Positions 1 to 7,746 of a stretch of 64,000 nucleotides of DNA are shown piece after piece; position 1 is the stretch's first letter, and the number at the start of each line of letters is the position of its first letter. The stretch lies in NCBI GenBank assembly GCA_034422655.1, contig DAOUJN010000005.1, forward strand, positions 1,781-65,780, read 5' to 3'. The stretch comes from Dehalococcoidia bacterium (GTDB lineage Bacteria > Chloroflexota > Dehalococcoidia > Lucifugimonadales > UBA3495). A program made the position numbers and the translations under genes. The notes under the pieces are model-generated. The model was not told the origin of the DNA. It saw only the letters and a list, made by a program, of their open reading frames with translations, and did not search any database.

Positions 1-187
1 CGGCTGAGGCCTCAAACATCGTGGGGACTGACTGTGGCGCAAACGTGCGCTCAGTCAACTCGGCATCGGCCGGCTGACCAATAGCGGCCATCGCCGGGTT
101 AGCCAGGCTCATGCTGCCGAAGACGGCGGCGAGAGCCAGGGCCACAACCACGGCTAGGCCAATTAATAGGGTAAATCCTTTCGCCAT
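1..187 (-). CDS. hypothetical secreted or membrane-anchored protein, 5' part only (gene continues past the left edge)
   Basis: ATG at 187 on the minus strand, just downstream of AGGAGGA. Translation MAKGFTLLIGLAVVVALALAAVFGSMSLANPAMA... looks like a signal peptide. Truncated by the window edge, so absent from the ORF track. Confidence 0.5.
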   Translation of the reverse strand, partial: MAKGFTLLIGLAVVVALALAAVFGSMSLANPAMAAIGQPADAELTERTFAPQSVPTMFEASA

Positions 188-252
188 GAAAATCCTCCTA
201 ATAATTTGGGGTGAAGATAATTTAGCTACCCGTGTATTACGCCAGTGTTACA

Positions 253-285
253 GGGAATTAAGAATTAGGAATTAAGAATTGGGGT
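253..285. repeat. AT-rich AAGAATTA-type interspersed repeat (family B)
   Basis: GGGAATTAAGAATTAGGAATTAAGAATTGGGG. Related copies at 399-432 (inverted), 654-704, 29451-29522 and 37106-37145. Confidence 0.7.
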
Positions 286-302
286 TGGTTGCCCCGGGGC
301 CC

Positions 303-330
303 CTGGATTCCGGCTTTCGCCGGAATGACG
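303..330. repeat. CCGGCTTTCGCCGG hairpin repeat (family C)
   Basis: CTGGATTCCGGCTTTCGCCGGAATGACG. The same unit recurs at 39753-39780 (rc), 39822-39849, 58624-58652 (rc), 58693-58720 and 61032-61060. Confidence 0.75.
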
Positions 331-398
331 GTTAAGGGGTTGGTTGCTGGTGGGGCTTCCCGCACGCCAGAGGCGCATCTGCGACCGCCGGCGGGAAC

Positions 399-432
399 AT
401 AATTCTTAATTGTTCATTATTAATTCTCAATT
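399..432. repeat. family B repeat, inverted orientation
   Basis: CATAATTCTTAATTGTTCATTATTAATTCTCAATT is the reverse complement type of the AAGAATTA units at 253-285. Confidence 0.6.
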
Positions 433-653
433 CGCCGCCCGCGGCGGGGCGGGCTGCGTGGGACGACGGAGGGGTCGAGCCGGTGGGAGATAAAGAGAAA
501 TTCGGCTATGAAGTTGCCGGTCATGGCACACCACCCAACATCCTGCGCGTGGTTTTGGGGCCCACAAAGAGGGCATTTCCGGTATCGGGAACAGAATAAA
601 CCCTGTGGGTAGTGGGAAGTCAAGCGGGGTTGTTGGCGGAATTTTTGGAAAAG

Positions 654-704
654 TTTAAGAATAAGAATTAAGAGTTAGGAGTTAAGAGTTAGGAATTGGG
701 GATT
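654..704. repeat. family B repeat, extended tandem form
   Basis: TTTAAGAATAAGAATTAAGAGTTAGGAGTTAAGAGTTAGGAATTGGGG. Confidence 0.65.
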
Positions 705-723
705 GCCGTGAAGGTCCTTGTGG

Positions 724-1011
724 TCAGAATGGGCGGATGTAGAGCAGGACCATGCCGACCAGCAAGGTGACGAAGCCGCCCAAGGCCAGGTAAAGCATGC
801 GGTCGAGCTTGGCGTTGAGGCGGGTTTCGACCGAGGTGATGCGGTCGTTAGTCTGGGTGATGCGGTCGCCGAGGGAGCGGAGGTCGGCCTGGTGTTCGGT
901 GTGCAGATGGCGCTGGTTGGCGTTCAATTCGGCCAACTGGGTGTTGATGTTACGGAGGTCCGCCTCTACGGCGGCGAGGCGGGGGTTGATGTCGTCGGTG
1001 GCGGTGGTCAT
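724..1011 (-). CDS. hypothetical coiled-coil protein with C-terminal transmembrane anchor
   Basis: 95-aa ORF. It has a heptad-like polar N-terminal part (AVEADLRNINTQLAELNANQRHL...) and then a hydrophobic tail LYLALGGFVTLLVGMVLLYI. It looks more protein-like than the overlapping plus-strand shadow ORFs. Confidence 0.45.
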   Translation of the reverse strand: MTTATDDINPRLAAVEADLRNINTQLAELNANQRHLHTEHQADLRSLGDRITQTNDRITSVETRLNAKLDRMLYLALGGFVTLLVGMVLLYIRPF

Positions 1012-1053
1012 GGGTGATGCTCCGGGGTGTTGTTGGGGGGATTATACAGGATT

Positions 1054-1140
1054 TAGCCACGAATACCCACGAATGGGGCACGAATGATTTGTTGGGGTGG
1101 ACAGGGCATTAGTGAACATTCGTGCCCATTCGTGGATTAG
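1054..1140. repeat. CACGAAT palindromic element (family A), copy 1
   Basis: Left arm CCACGAATACCCACGAATGGGGCACGAATG. Right arm CATTCGTGCCCATTCGTGG is its near-perfect reverse complement. Confidence 0.85.
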
Positions 1141-1152
1141 ATTGACCGGGGG

Positions 1153-1626
1153 TCAGGCGCAGGATTGGACGGCGGCTTTGACGGCGTCGTAGTCGGGTTC
1201 GTTGACGGGGGCGGGGGCGACCCAGCGGTACTGGACGGTGCCCTGTCCGTCGACGACGATGACGGCGCGGTTGGCGGCGACGTAGCCTTCCATGCCGGCC
1301 AGGCCGGGGAGGGCGACGTCGTAGGCGTTGACGGCCTGGCGGTTGAAGTCGGAGAGGAAGGGGTAGTTGATGCTGTTGGCGTCGGTCCAGGCCTTCTGGG
1401 CGAAGGGGCCGTCGACGGAGATGCCGAGGACCTGGGCGTTCATGCCGTCGAAATCGGGGACGCCGTCGCGCAGGGCGCAGGCCTCGGTGGTGCAGACGCC
1501 GGTGAAGGCGCCGGGGAAGAAGGCGAGGACGACGGTCTTGCCGCGGAATTCCTGCAGGGTGCGGACGTTGCGGTCGGTGTCATAAAGGGAAAAGTCGGGA
1601 GCCGGCTGGCCAACATCTGCTGGCAT
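1153..1626 (-). CDS. peroxiredoxin (AhpC/TSA/Prx-type thiol peroxidase)
   Basis: MPADVGQPAPDFSLYDTDRNVRTLQEFRGKTVVLAFFPGAFTGVCTTE... carries the classic FPxxFTxVCxxE peroxidatic Cys motif. ATG at 1626 follows GGAGG. The longer track ORF reaching 1773 runs into a repeat element. Confidence 0.9.
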   Translation of the reverse strand: MPADVGQPAPDFSLYDTDRNVRTLQEFRGKTVVLAFFPGAFTGVCTTEACALRDGVPDFDGMNAQVLGISVDGPFAQKAWTDANSINYPFLSDFNRQAVNAYDVALPGLAGMEGYVAANRAVIVVDGQGTVQYRWVAPAPVNEPDYDAVKAAVQSCA

Positions 1627-1671
1627 AGTGGGAACCTCCAAAGATTTAGATGGGGGGATTTTACCACTGTT

Positions 1672-1800
1672 TATCCACGAATAGGCACGAATGAGCACGA
1701 ATGTTATATTAGCTCCGATAGAATCGTTGTGCAGGTTAGTGTCGTTGGCGGACGAGGAAAAATTAGTGAACATTCGTCCGCCGCGGCGGATTAGTGGATA
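1672..1800. repeat. family A element, copy 2 (long, with CCGCCGCGGCGG insert)
   Basis: TATCCACGAATAGGCACGAATGAGCACGAATG ... GTGAACATTCGTCCGCCGCGGCGGATTAGTGGATA. Confidence 0.8.
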
Positions 1801-1820
1801 CAGAAGAGGAGAGAGAGAGC

Positions 1821-3434
1821 ATGTTTTTTGATTCCAGGCGGTCGGGGGTGCTGGCTTTGCGGGGGATGGTGGCGACGAGCCAGCCGCTGGCGGCGCAGGC
1901 GGGGCTGCAGGCGCTGATAAACGGGGGGAACGCGGTGGACGCGGCGGTGGCGGCGGCGGCGGCCCTGAACGTGGTGGAGCCGGAGTCCACCGGCGTGGGC
2001 GGGGACATGTTCGCGCTAATCCGGCACGCGAAGGACGGCAAGGTGCATGCCCTGAACGGCAGCGGCCGGGCGCCGGGGGCGGCGTCCATTGACGAACTGA
2101 AGGCCGCCGGGCATTACCAGATGCCGCAGGAGGGGCCGTACTCGGTGTCCATACCGGGGACGGTGCACGGGTGGGAGACCATCCTGGCGGAGCATGGGAC
2201 CATGCCGCTGGCGGAGGTATTGAAGCCGGCCATCGGGTACGCGGAAGAGGGGTTTCCGGTGAGCGACTACATCGCCTACCAGTGGTCGGGGCAGGGAGCC
2301 CGGCTGGCGGCGCGCCCGGGCGGGGACGAAATGCTGCTGAACGGCCGTCCGCCGGTGCAGGGAGAGGTGATGAAGCTGCCCACCCTGGCGAAGACGCTGC
2401 GGGCGGTGGCCGAGGGCGGGTCGGAAGCCTTCTACCACGGGGAGATTGCCGGGAAGATCGCCGGCTTCGTCCAGGAGCAGGGCGGGTGGATAACGACGGA
2501 GGACCTGGCGGCGCACACGTCGGACTGGGACGAGGCCATCAGCACGGACTACCGGGGAGTGACGTGCTGGGAGTGTCCGCCCAACGGCCAGGGGATAGCG
2601 GCGCTGGAGGCGCTGAACATCGTTGAGGGGTTTGACGTGGCCGGCATGGGGCCGCAGACGGTGAGCCGGTACCATCACCTGATCGAGGCGATGCGGCTGG
2701 CCTTCGCCGACGCCTACCGGTACGTGGCCGACCCGCGCATGGCCGAGGTGCCGATAACGGAGTTGACGGACAAGGCCTACGCAGCCAGGCGGCGGGAATT
2801 GATCGACCCGGAGCGGGCCATGCCCCGGGCGCCCTACGGGGATATAACCAGCCTGGGCAACGGGGGCAGCGGGGGCGGCGACACGGTGTACGTCAGCGTG
2901 GTGGACGGGCAGGGGAACGCCTGTTCCTTTATTAACAGCGTGTACATTAACTTTGGCAGCGGGCTGGTGGTGCCGGGCACGGGGATTGTGCTGCAGAACC
3001 GGGCGGCGCTGTTCTCGCTGGACCCCGACCACCCCAACGCGTTGACGCCGGGGAAGCGTCCCTACCATACCATCATTCCGGCCATGGCGACGAAGGACGA
3101 TGAGCTGTACCTGTGCTACGGGGTGATGGGCGGGTTCATGCAGCCCCAGGGCCACCTGCAGGTGATGACCAACATGGTGGACTTCGGCATGGACCCCCAG
3201 GCGGCGCTGAACGCCCTGCGCTTCCAGGTAATCGGCGACACCACCCTTATAGAGGAAGGGCTGGCGCCGGAGGTAATCGGCGGCCTGCAGTCCCTGGGCC
3301 ACCAGTTGCAGATGATCCGTGGCCATGCCCGGGTAGGCATGGGCGGCGGCCAAGTAATCCAGCGCAACCCGGAAACGGGGGCGCTATGGGCCGGCTCGGA
3401 ACCACGCAAGGACGGGTGCGCGGTGGGGTATTAG
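1821..3434 (+). CDS. ggt: gamma-glutamyltranspeptidase
   Basis: MFFDSRRSGVLALRGMVATSQPLAAQAG...NAVDAAVAAAAALNVVEPESTGVGGDMF...GDTVYVSVVDGQGNACSFINS... are typical GGT motifs, including the autoprocessing Thr context. ATG at 1821 follows AGGAGAGAGAG. Confidence 0.92.
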   Translation: MFFDSRRSGVLALRGMVATSQPLAAQAGLQALINGGNAVDAAVAAAAALNVVEPESTGVGGDMFALIRHAKDGKVHALNGSGRAPGAASIDELKAAGHYQMPQEGPYSVSIPGTVHGWETILAEHGTMPLAEVLKPAIGYAEEGFPVSDYIAYQWSGQGARLAARPGGDEMLLNGRPPVQGEVMKLPTLAKTLRAVAEGGSEAFYHGEIAGKIAGFVQEQGGWITTEDLAAHTSDWDEAISTDYRGVTCWECPPNGQGIAALEALNIVEGFDVAGMGPQTVSRYHHLIEAMRLAFADAYRYVADPRMAEVPITELTDKAYAARRRELIDPERAMPRAPYGDITSLGNGGSGGGDTVYVSVVDGQGNACSFINSVYINFGSGLVVPGTGIVLQNRAALFSLDPDHPNALTPGKRPYHTIIPAMATKDDELYLCYGVMGGFMQPQGHLQVMTNMVDFGMDPQAALNALRFQVIGDTTLIEEGLAPEVIGGLQSLGHQLQMIRGHARVGMGGGQVIQRNPETGALWAGSEPRKDGCAVGY

Positions 3435-3463
3435 GGGCAGGGAATTGACAGGAACGAATGACG

Positions 3464-3491
3464 GTAGGGGCGCACGGCGGTGCGCCCCTAC
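3464..3491. repeat. perfect 12-bp-stem hairpin GTAGGGGCGCAC-GGCG-GTGCGCCCCTAC (family D), possibly a bidirectional terminator
   Basis: Sits between the convergent ggt and TPP-enzyme genes. A near-identical copy lies at 44417-44444, and degenerate relatives at 37604-37632 and 39715-39742. No T-tract follows. Confidence 0.7.
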
Positions 3492-3521
3492 GCAATACGG
3501 GAACCTGCTGAATGTAAACTG

Positions 3522-5177
3522 CTACCGCCCCACCCAGTCGCCGTAGATGGGGTATTGGCTGCAGAGGAACTCGATGTAGGCGGGGCGGTTGGATTGGTTG
3601 ACCTCCAGGGCGCGGCGCAGGGCCGGTACGACCTCCGACGGTTCGGAGACCCGTTCGGTGTGGTAGCCAAGCTCGCCGATTACCCGGGACATGTCCACTT
3701 CGTCGGGGCCCAGCACCGAGTGGGTGAAGGGGTCGTGGCCGGGGCCCCAGAAGCCGGGGCCATAGCCGGCGAACCCGCCGTTGCTGATGTGGGCCACGGT
3801 GACTCCCAGGTTCTGCCGCAGGGCCACTTCCAGGTTGCCCAGCATGTAGCCCAGGCCCGCCTCGCCGGTAACCGTCACCGCCGGCCGGTTGGGGTCGGCC
3901 AGCCGAGCGGCCACCGAGCCGGCCCAGCCGAAGCCCAGGGTGGAGACGTTGCCCCAGCCCAGGAAGGCCCGGGGCACCAGGGTGTCGTACACGGTGCTCA
4001 ACTGGTCGCGGGTGTTGCCCGACTCGTGGGTGATGAAGGAGTTGTAGGGGTCCAGCACCTCCATCAGCCCGGCATAGACCCGGTAGGGGTTGATGGGCTT
4101 GTCGTCGGAGGCCATGGCCTCCCGGTACTGGGCCATGCCGGCGTCCCGCTCGTTCTTCACCTCCAGGGCCACGTCCTCCCGGGAGCGGGCCGACTTGACC
4201 GGGCGGTCGGCTAGCTCGCCGGTCAACGCCTGCAGGGAGTGGCGGGCGTCGCCAATGACCACGCCGGCCGTGTTGTAGACCTTGTTGACGTGCAGGTCGT
4301 CCACGTCGCAATGGACGATGGTCTTGCTGCCGGCGTTGGGGATGCGGTGGCTGAATCGGCCCGGGGACAGGCTGGTACCCACGGCGAACACCATGTCGCA
4401 GTTCTCCAGGTAGTTGTTGACCTGGCCGCCCCGCACGCCCACGAACAGGGGATGGTTCTCGGGGAAGGCGCCCTTGGCCTTCAGGGTGGTGATTACCGGC
4501 GCGTTGGCCATCTCAGCGAAGGCCACCAGTTCCTGGGCCGCCTCGGCGTAAATCACTCCCTCGCCGGCGTAGATGATGGGTCGCTGGGCGCTAGTGAGCA
4601 GGTCGATGGCGTGGGCCACGTCCTCCCCCGCCGGGCCGTGCTTCCAGCCCTTGACCGGCTGGTAGGGGTCGGCGGTCTCGTCGTAGGTGCCCGTGGGGTC
4701 GGGCACGGCCAGGATGACCGGGCCGGGGCGGCCGCTGCGCAGCATGGTGAAGGCGCGGCGCATGAACTCGGGCACCCGTTCGGGGCGGTCGATGAACCCG
4801 TACCACTTGGACACGGTGGACAGGGCGTTGAAGACGTCGTACTGGCTGTTGTTGGTGGAGCCGGCCGGCACTCCGTCGGTGATGCACAGCACGGGGGAGC
4901 CGTCCTCGAAGGCCTGGGCCATGCCGGCGTAGGCGTACTGGGTACCGGCGGCGTTGACGCCTCCCTGGAAGGTGCAGACGCCGATCTGGCGGCCGGCGGT
5001 GATGCGGGAGAAGGCGTCGGCCACGGCCACGGCGTAGCGGTCGTCGCGCATCATCACCATGGGAATGCCCTCGCGGCCCAGGGCGTTGTTGACCCGGCAG
5101 ACGGGGAAGGTGGAAACCCACTCCACCCCCTCCTGCTTCAGAATGCGGGCTATGCCGGTGGCGGCGTCGATAGTCAT
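3522..5177 (-). CDS. thiamine-pyrophosphate-dependent enzyme (acetolactate synthase / sulfoacetaldehyde acetyltransferase-like)
   Basis: MTIDAATGIARILKQEGVEWVSTFPV... plus the C-terminal TPP-binding region GLGYMLGNLE...NGGFAGYG. ATG at 5177 follows GGGAG. The specific substrate cannot be called. Confidence 0.85.
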   Translation of the reverse strand: MTIDAATGIARILKQEGVEWVSTFPVCRVNNALGREGIPMVMMRDDRYAVAVADAFSRITAGRQIGVCTFQGGVNAAGTQYAYAGMAQAFEDGSPVLCITDGVPAGSTNNSQYDVFNALSTVSKWYGFIDRPERVPEFMRRAFTMLRSGRPGPVILAVPDPTGTYDETADPYQPVKGWKHGPAGEDVAHAIDLLTSAQRPIIYAGEGVIYAEAAQELVAFAEMANAPVITTLKAKGAFPENHPLFVGVRGGQVNNYLENCDMVFAVGTSLSPGRFSHRIPNAGSKTIVHCDVDDLHVNKVYNTAGVVIGDARHSLQALTGELADRPVKSARSREDVALEVKNERDAGMAQYREAMASDDKPINPYRVYAGLMEVLDPYNSFITHESGNTRDQLSTVYDTLVPRAFLGWGNVSTLGFGWAGSVAARLADPNRPAVTVTGEAGLGYMLGNLEVALRQNLGVTVAHISNGGFAGYGPGFWGPGHDPFTHSVLGPDEVDMSRVIGELGYHTERVSEPSEVVPALRRALEVNQSNRPAYIEFLCSQYPIYGDWVGR

Positions 5178-5291
5178 AGGTAAGTCTCCCTTCCTGCTTG
5201 GCAGATTCGGATTTGGCGGTTTCGGAGTTTTGCCTACTCTACCATCAAGGTTGGGGGCTGTCATCCCGCCTGCGGTTGGGGTGGGGGGATC

Positions 5292-5374
5292 GTTAACCAC
5301 AGAGGCGCAGAGAACGCGGAGATTCGCAGAGATACTCTGTGCCTCTCCGCGCGCTCTCCGACTCTGTGGTTAAC
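5292..5374. repeat. 83-bp element with terminal inverted repeats GTTAACCACAGAG...CTCTGTGGTTAAC (family E)
   Basis: CCACAGAGGCGCAGAGAACGCGGAGATTCGCAGAGATACTCTGTGCCTCTCCGCGCGCTCTCCGACTCTGTGG. A second copy lies at 41476-41553. Confidence 0.75.
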
Positions 5375-5445
5375 GAAAGGGGTTTGTATTATGATTGGGC
5401 CGAAGGACATGACCACCGGATTCACCAGAAGTACGGAGGTGAAGC

Positions 5446-6993
5446 ATGAAGTACGACGTGATAGTGGTAGGAGGCGGCTCGGCGGGGTGCGCCATCGCCA
5501 CCCGCCTGTCGGAAGACCCGGAACTCTCGGTCCTGCTGCTGGAAGCGGGGCCCGACTACTCGAACTTCGAGACCCTGCCCGACGACCTGAAGCTGGGCAA
5601 CAACGTGTGGCTGTCAGCCTACGGCCCGCACAACTGGGGGTACACCGCCCAGATTACGCCGGAGCAGGCGGAACTGATCATCCCCCGGGGCAAGGCCACC
5701 GGAGGCTCCAGCGCGGTGAACGGCCAGGTGATGTTCCGGGGCATTCCCGAGGACTACGACCGGTGGGCCGAGTGGGGCAACGACCAGTGGGGCTTTACCC
5801 AGGTGCTGCCCTACTTCAACAAGCTGGAGACCGACCTGGACTTCGGCGGCGACGACTTTCACGGCACCACGGGGCCCGTGCCGGTGCGCCGTTCGCCCCG
5901 CAGCGAGTGGATGCCCCATGCCCTGGCCTTCGAACGGGCCTGCCTGGACCTGGGATTCAACATCAGCGAGGACCAGAACCACCCCGAGTCCACGGGCATT
6001 TCGCCCCGGGCGCGCAACACCATCGACGGGGTGCGGATGAGCATGGCCCTGACTTACCTGGAACAGGCCCGCCACCGCCTGAACCTGACCGTGCGGGGCG
6101 GGGTGACGGCGCGGCGAGTCCTGTTTGAGGGCAAGCGCGCCGTGGGCGTGGAGGCGGAGAGCGGCGGCGAGGTATTCACGGTGGAGGGAGAGCAGATAGT
6201 GGTCAGCAGCGGCGCCATCGGGTCGCCGCACCTGCTGCTCCTTTCCGGCGTCGGTCCTGCGGAACAAATCAGCAGTTTCGGCATCGACGTGGTCCAGGAC
6301 CTGCCGGGGGTGGGCCAGAACCTCAGGGACCATCCCTCGGCCGCCGTGCTCTACCAGGCGGCGGGGGAGAAGCCGGACGTGCAGGCGCCGGTGATACAGG
6401 TGGGCCTGCGCTACACCGTCGAGGGATCGGACCTGCGCAACGACATGCAGCTGAGCCCCATGCTCATGACCAGCGAACACCGACCGGCCCAGGTGGAAAT
6501 CAACGACGACCTCAACTACATCGGCATGAGCGCCAGCCTGCAACTGGCCCTGGGCAAGGGGGAGTTGACCCTGCAGTCCGCCGACCCTCACGTGCAGCCC
6601 CGGCTCAACTACAACTATTACCAAGAAGAGGAAGACCTGCGACGGATGCGGGAGGCGATCAGGCTGGGGGTGCAGGTTGCCGAGCAGTCCCATTTCGCCG
6701 ATATGCTGCTGGAACGGATCATGCCCTCCGACGAGGAATTGCAGTCGGACGAACTGTTGGACGAGTGGCTGCGGCGCAACTCGGGCACGTCCCACCACGT
6801 GTCGGGCACCTGCAAGATGGGGCCGGACTCGGACCCCATGGCGGTGGTCGACCAGTCCCTCAAGGTGAAGGGAGTGGAGGGCCTGCGGGTGGCCGACGCC
6901 TCGGTCATGCCCGACTGCATCCGCGCCAACACCAACGCCACGACGTTGATGATTGCGGAGAGGGTGTCGGACTACATTAAGGAAGGGAAGTAG
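5446..6993 (+). CDS. GMC-family FAD oxidoreductase (choline dehydrogenase-like)
   Basis: MKYDVIVVGGGSAGCAIATRLSEDPELSVLLLEAGPD is the GMC N-terminal FAD fold. C-terminal ...HHVSGTCKMG...VADASVMP signature. Confidence 0.9.
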   Translation: MKYDVIVVGGGSAGCAIATRLSEDPELSVLLLEAGPDYSNFETLPDDLKLGNNVWLSAYGPHNWGYTAQITPEQAELIIPRGKATGGSSAVNGQVMFRGIPEDYDRWAEWGNDQWGFTQVLPYFNKLETDLDFGGDDFHGTTGPVPVRRSPRSEWMPHALAFERACLDLGFNISEDQNHPESTGISPRARNTIDGVRMSMALTYLEQARHRLNLTVRGGVTARRVLFEGKRAVGVEAESGGEVFTVEGEQIVVSSGAIGSPHLLLLSGVGPAEQISSFGIDVVQDLPGVGQNLRDHPSAAVLYQAAGEKPDVQAPVIQVGLRYTVEGSDLRNDMQLSPMLMTSEHRPAQVEINDDLNYIGMSASLQLALGKGELTLQSADPHVQPRLNYNYYQEEEDLRRMREAIRLGVQVAEQSHFADMLLERIMPSDEELQSDELLDEWLRRNSGTSHHVSGTCKMGPDSDPMAVVDQSLKVKGVEGLRVADASVMPDCIRANTNATTLMIAERVSDYIKEGK

Positions 6994-7132
6994 GAAGGCC
7001 GGACGGACTTGTGCCACCTTGTGAACCGCTCATGGTGAGCTTGTGGAACCATTCCCCGTTCAGGAGTGCGTCCTTCGACAAGTTCAGGATGAGCGGTTTC
7101 AAACGGCCGCGATTAAAGCTCCTTCCGCTGTA

Positions 7133-7462
7133 TCAGTACTTGAACTCCTCCCTTACGGGGCTGAACACGTCCAGGGCTTTGCAGGGGTGGGCCAGGCCCT
7201 TGGCGTAGTGTTCAACGCCGCCGGGGATGATGTACATGTCGCCCACCTGCAGCACCTGCACCTCGCCGGCGATGCCCATTTCCATTTCCCCTTCCACCAC
7301 TATGCCCGCCTGTTCGTGGGGGTGGGTGTGGAGGGGCACCAGGGAGTTGGCGTCAATCTCGACCAGGGACAGGAGCATGTTGTCGCCCCAGAAGGTGCGG
7401 GTACGGGCGCCGGGGGCCAGGTCCTTGGTGTCCCGGCCCTGGGCGAATTTGAAGTAGGACAT
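7133..7462 (-). CDS. cupin-domain protein
   Basis: 109 aa. ...LVPLHTHPHEQAGIVVEGEMEMGIAGE...GDMYIIPGGVEH is a cupin His motif pattern. Confidence 0.75.
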   Translation of the reverse strand: MSYFKFAQGRDTKDLAPGARTRTFWGDNMLLSLVEIDANSLVPLHTHPHEQAGIVVEGEMEMGIAGEVQVLQVGDMYIIPGGVEHYAKGLAHPCKALDVFSPVREEFKY

Positions 7463-7491
7463 TGTTCGTCTCCTTTATTTGCATGGATAGA

Positions 7492-7643
7492 CTACTCAAA
7501 CCCCAGCTTGCGTTCGTTGAGGCTGACGTAGCGGCCGCCGCTGCCGATGACCAGGTGGTCCAGCAGATCTATGCCCAGCAGTTTGCCGGCGGCTACCAGG
7601 TCGCGGGTGATGGATACGTCCTCCGGGCTGGGCGTGGGGTCGC
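7492..7643 (-). CDS. radC: RadC/JAMM-family protein, exon 2
   Basis: Encodes (G)[49 protein letters not shown], the conserved RadC C-terminus that follows HNHPSG. The frame is restored when joined to 10042. Confidence 0.85.
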
Positions 7644-7708
7644 ATTGGGTAGGGACGGTGCCGCCGATGGCCGGATTGCTCCGACTGGTTTGCGCCATCC
7701 CTCCCACC

Positions 7709-7742
7709 GAACCGGACGTGCCACTTTCGCGGCATCCGGCTC
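7709..7742 (-). ncRNA. group II intron domain V
   Basis: GAGCCGGATGCCGCGAAAGTGGCACGTCCGGTTC: a 34-nt hairpin with a GAAA tetraloop, the AGC-type catalytic triad position and a 2-nt bulge geometry, located about 65 nt before the 3' splice site. Confidence 0.9.
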
Positions 7743-7746
7743 TCCA

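Noticed and set aside
420-623. 67-aa minus-strand ORF in the repeat-rich left region
   Set aside because: Cys/Arg/Pro-rich, with no RBS and no family resemblance. It is kept only as part of the unexplained-core observation.
2016-3353. 445-aa minus-strand ORF inside ggt. Similar long antisense ORFs occur at 3247-4311, 5614-7017, 10819-12450, 13354-14418, 14509-15435, 33388-34227, 37665-39446, 39935-41647, 54810-56105 and 56502-57854.
   Set aside because: All are Arg/Pro/Gly/His-rich, lack family motifs and RBSs, and overlap well-supported genes on the other strand. They are high-GC shadow ORFs.
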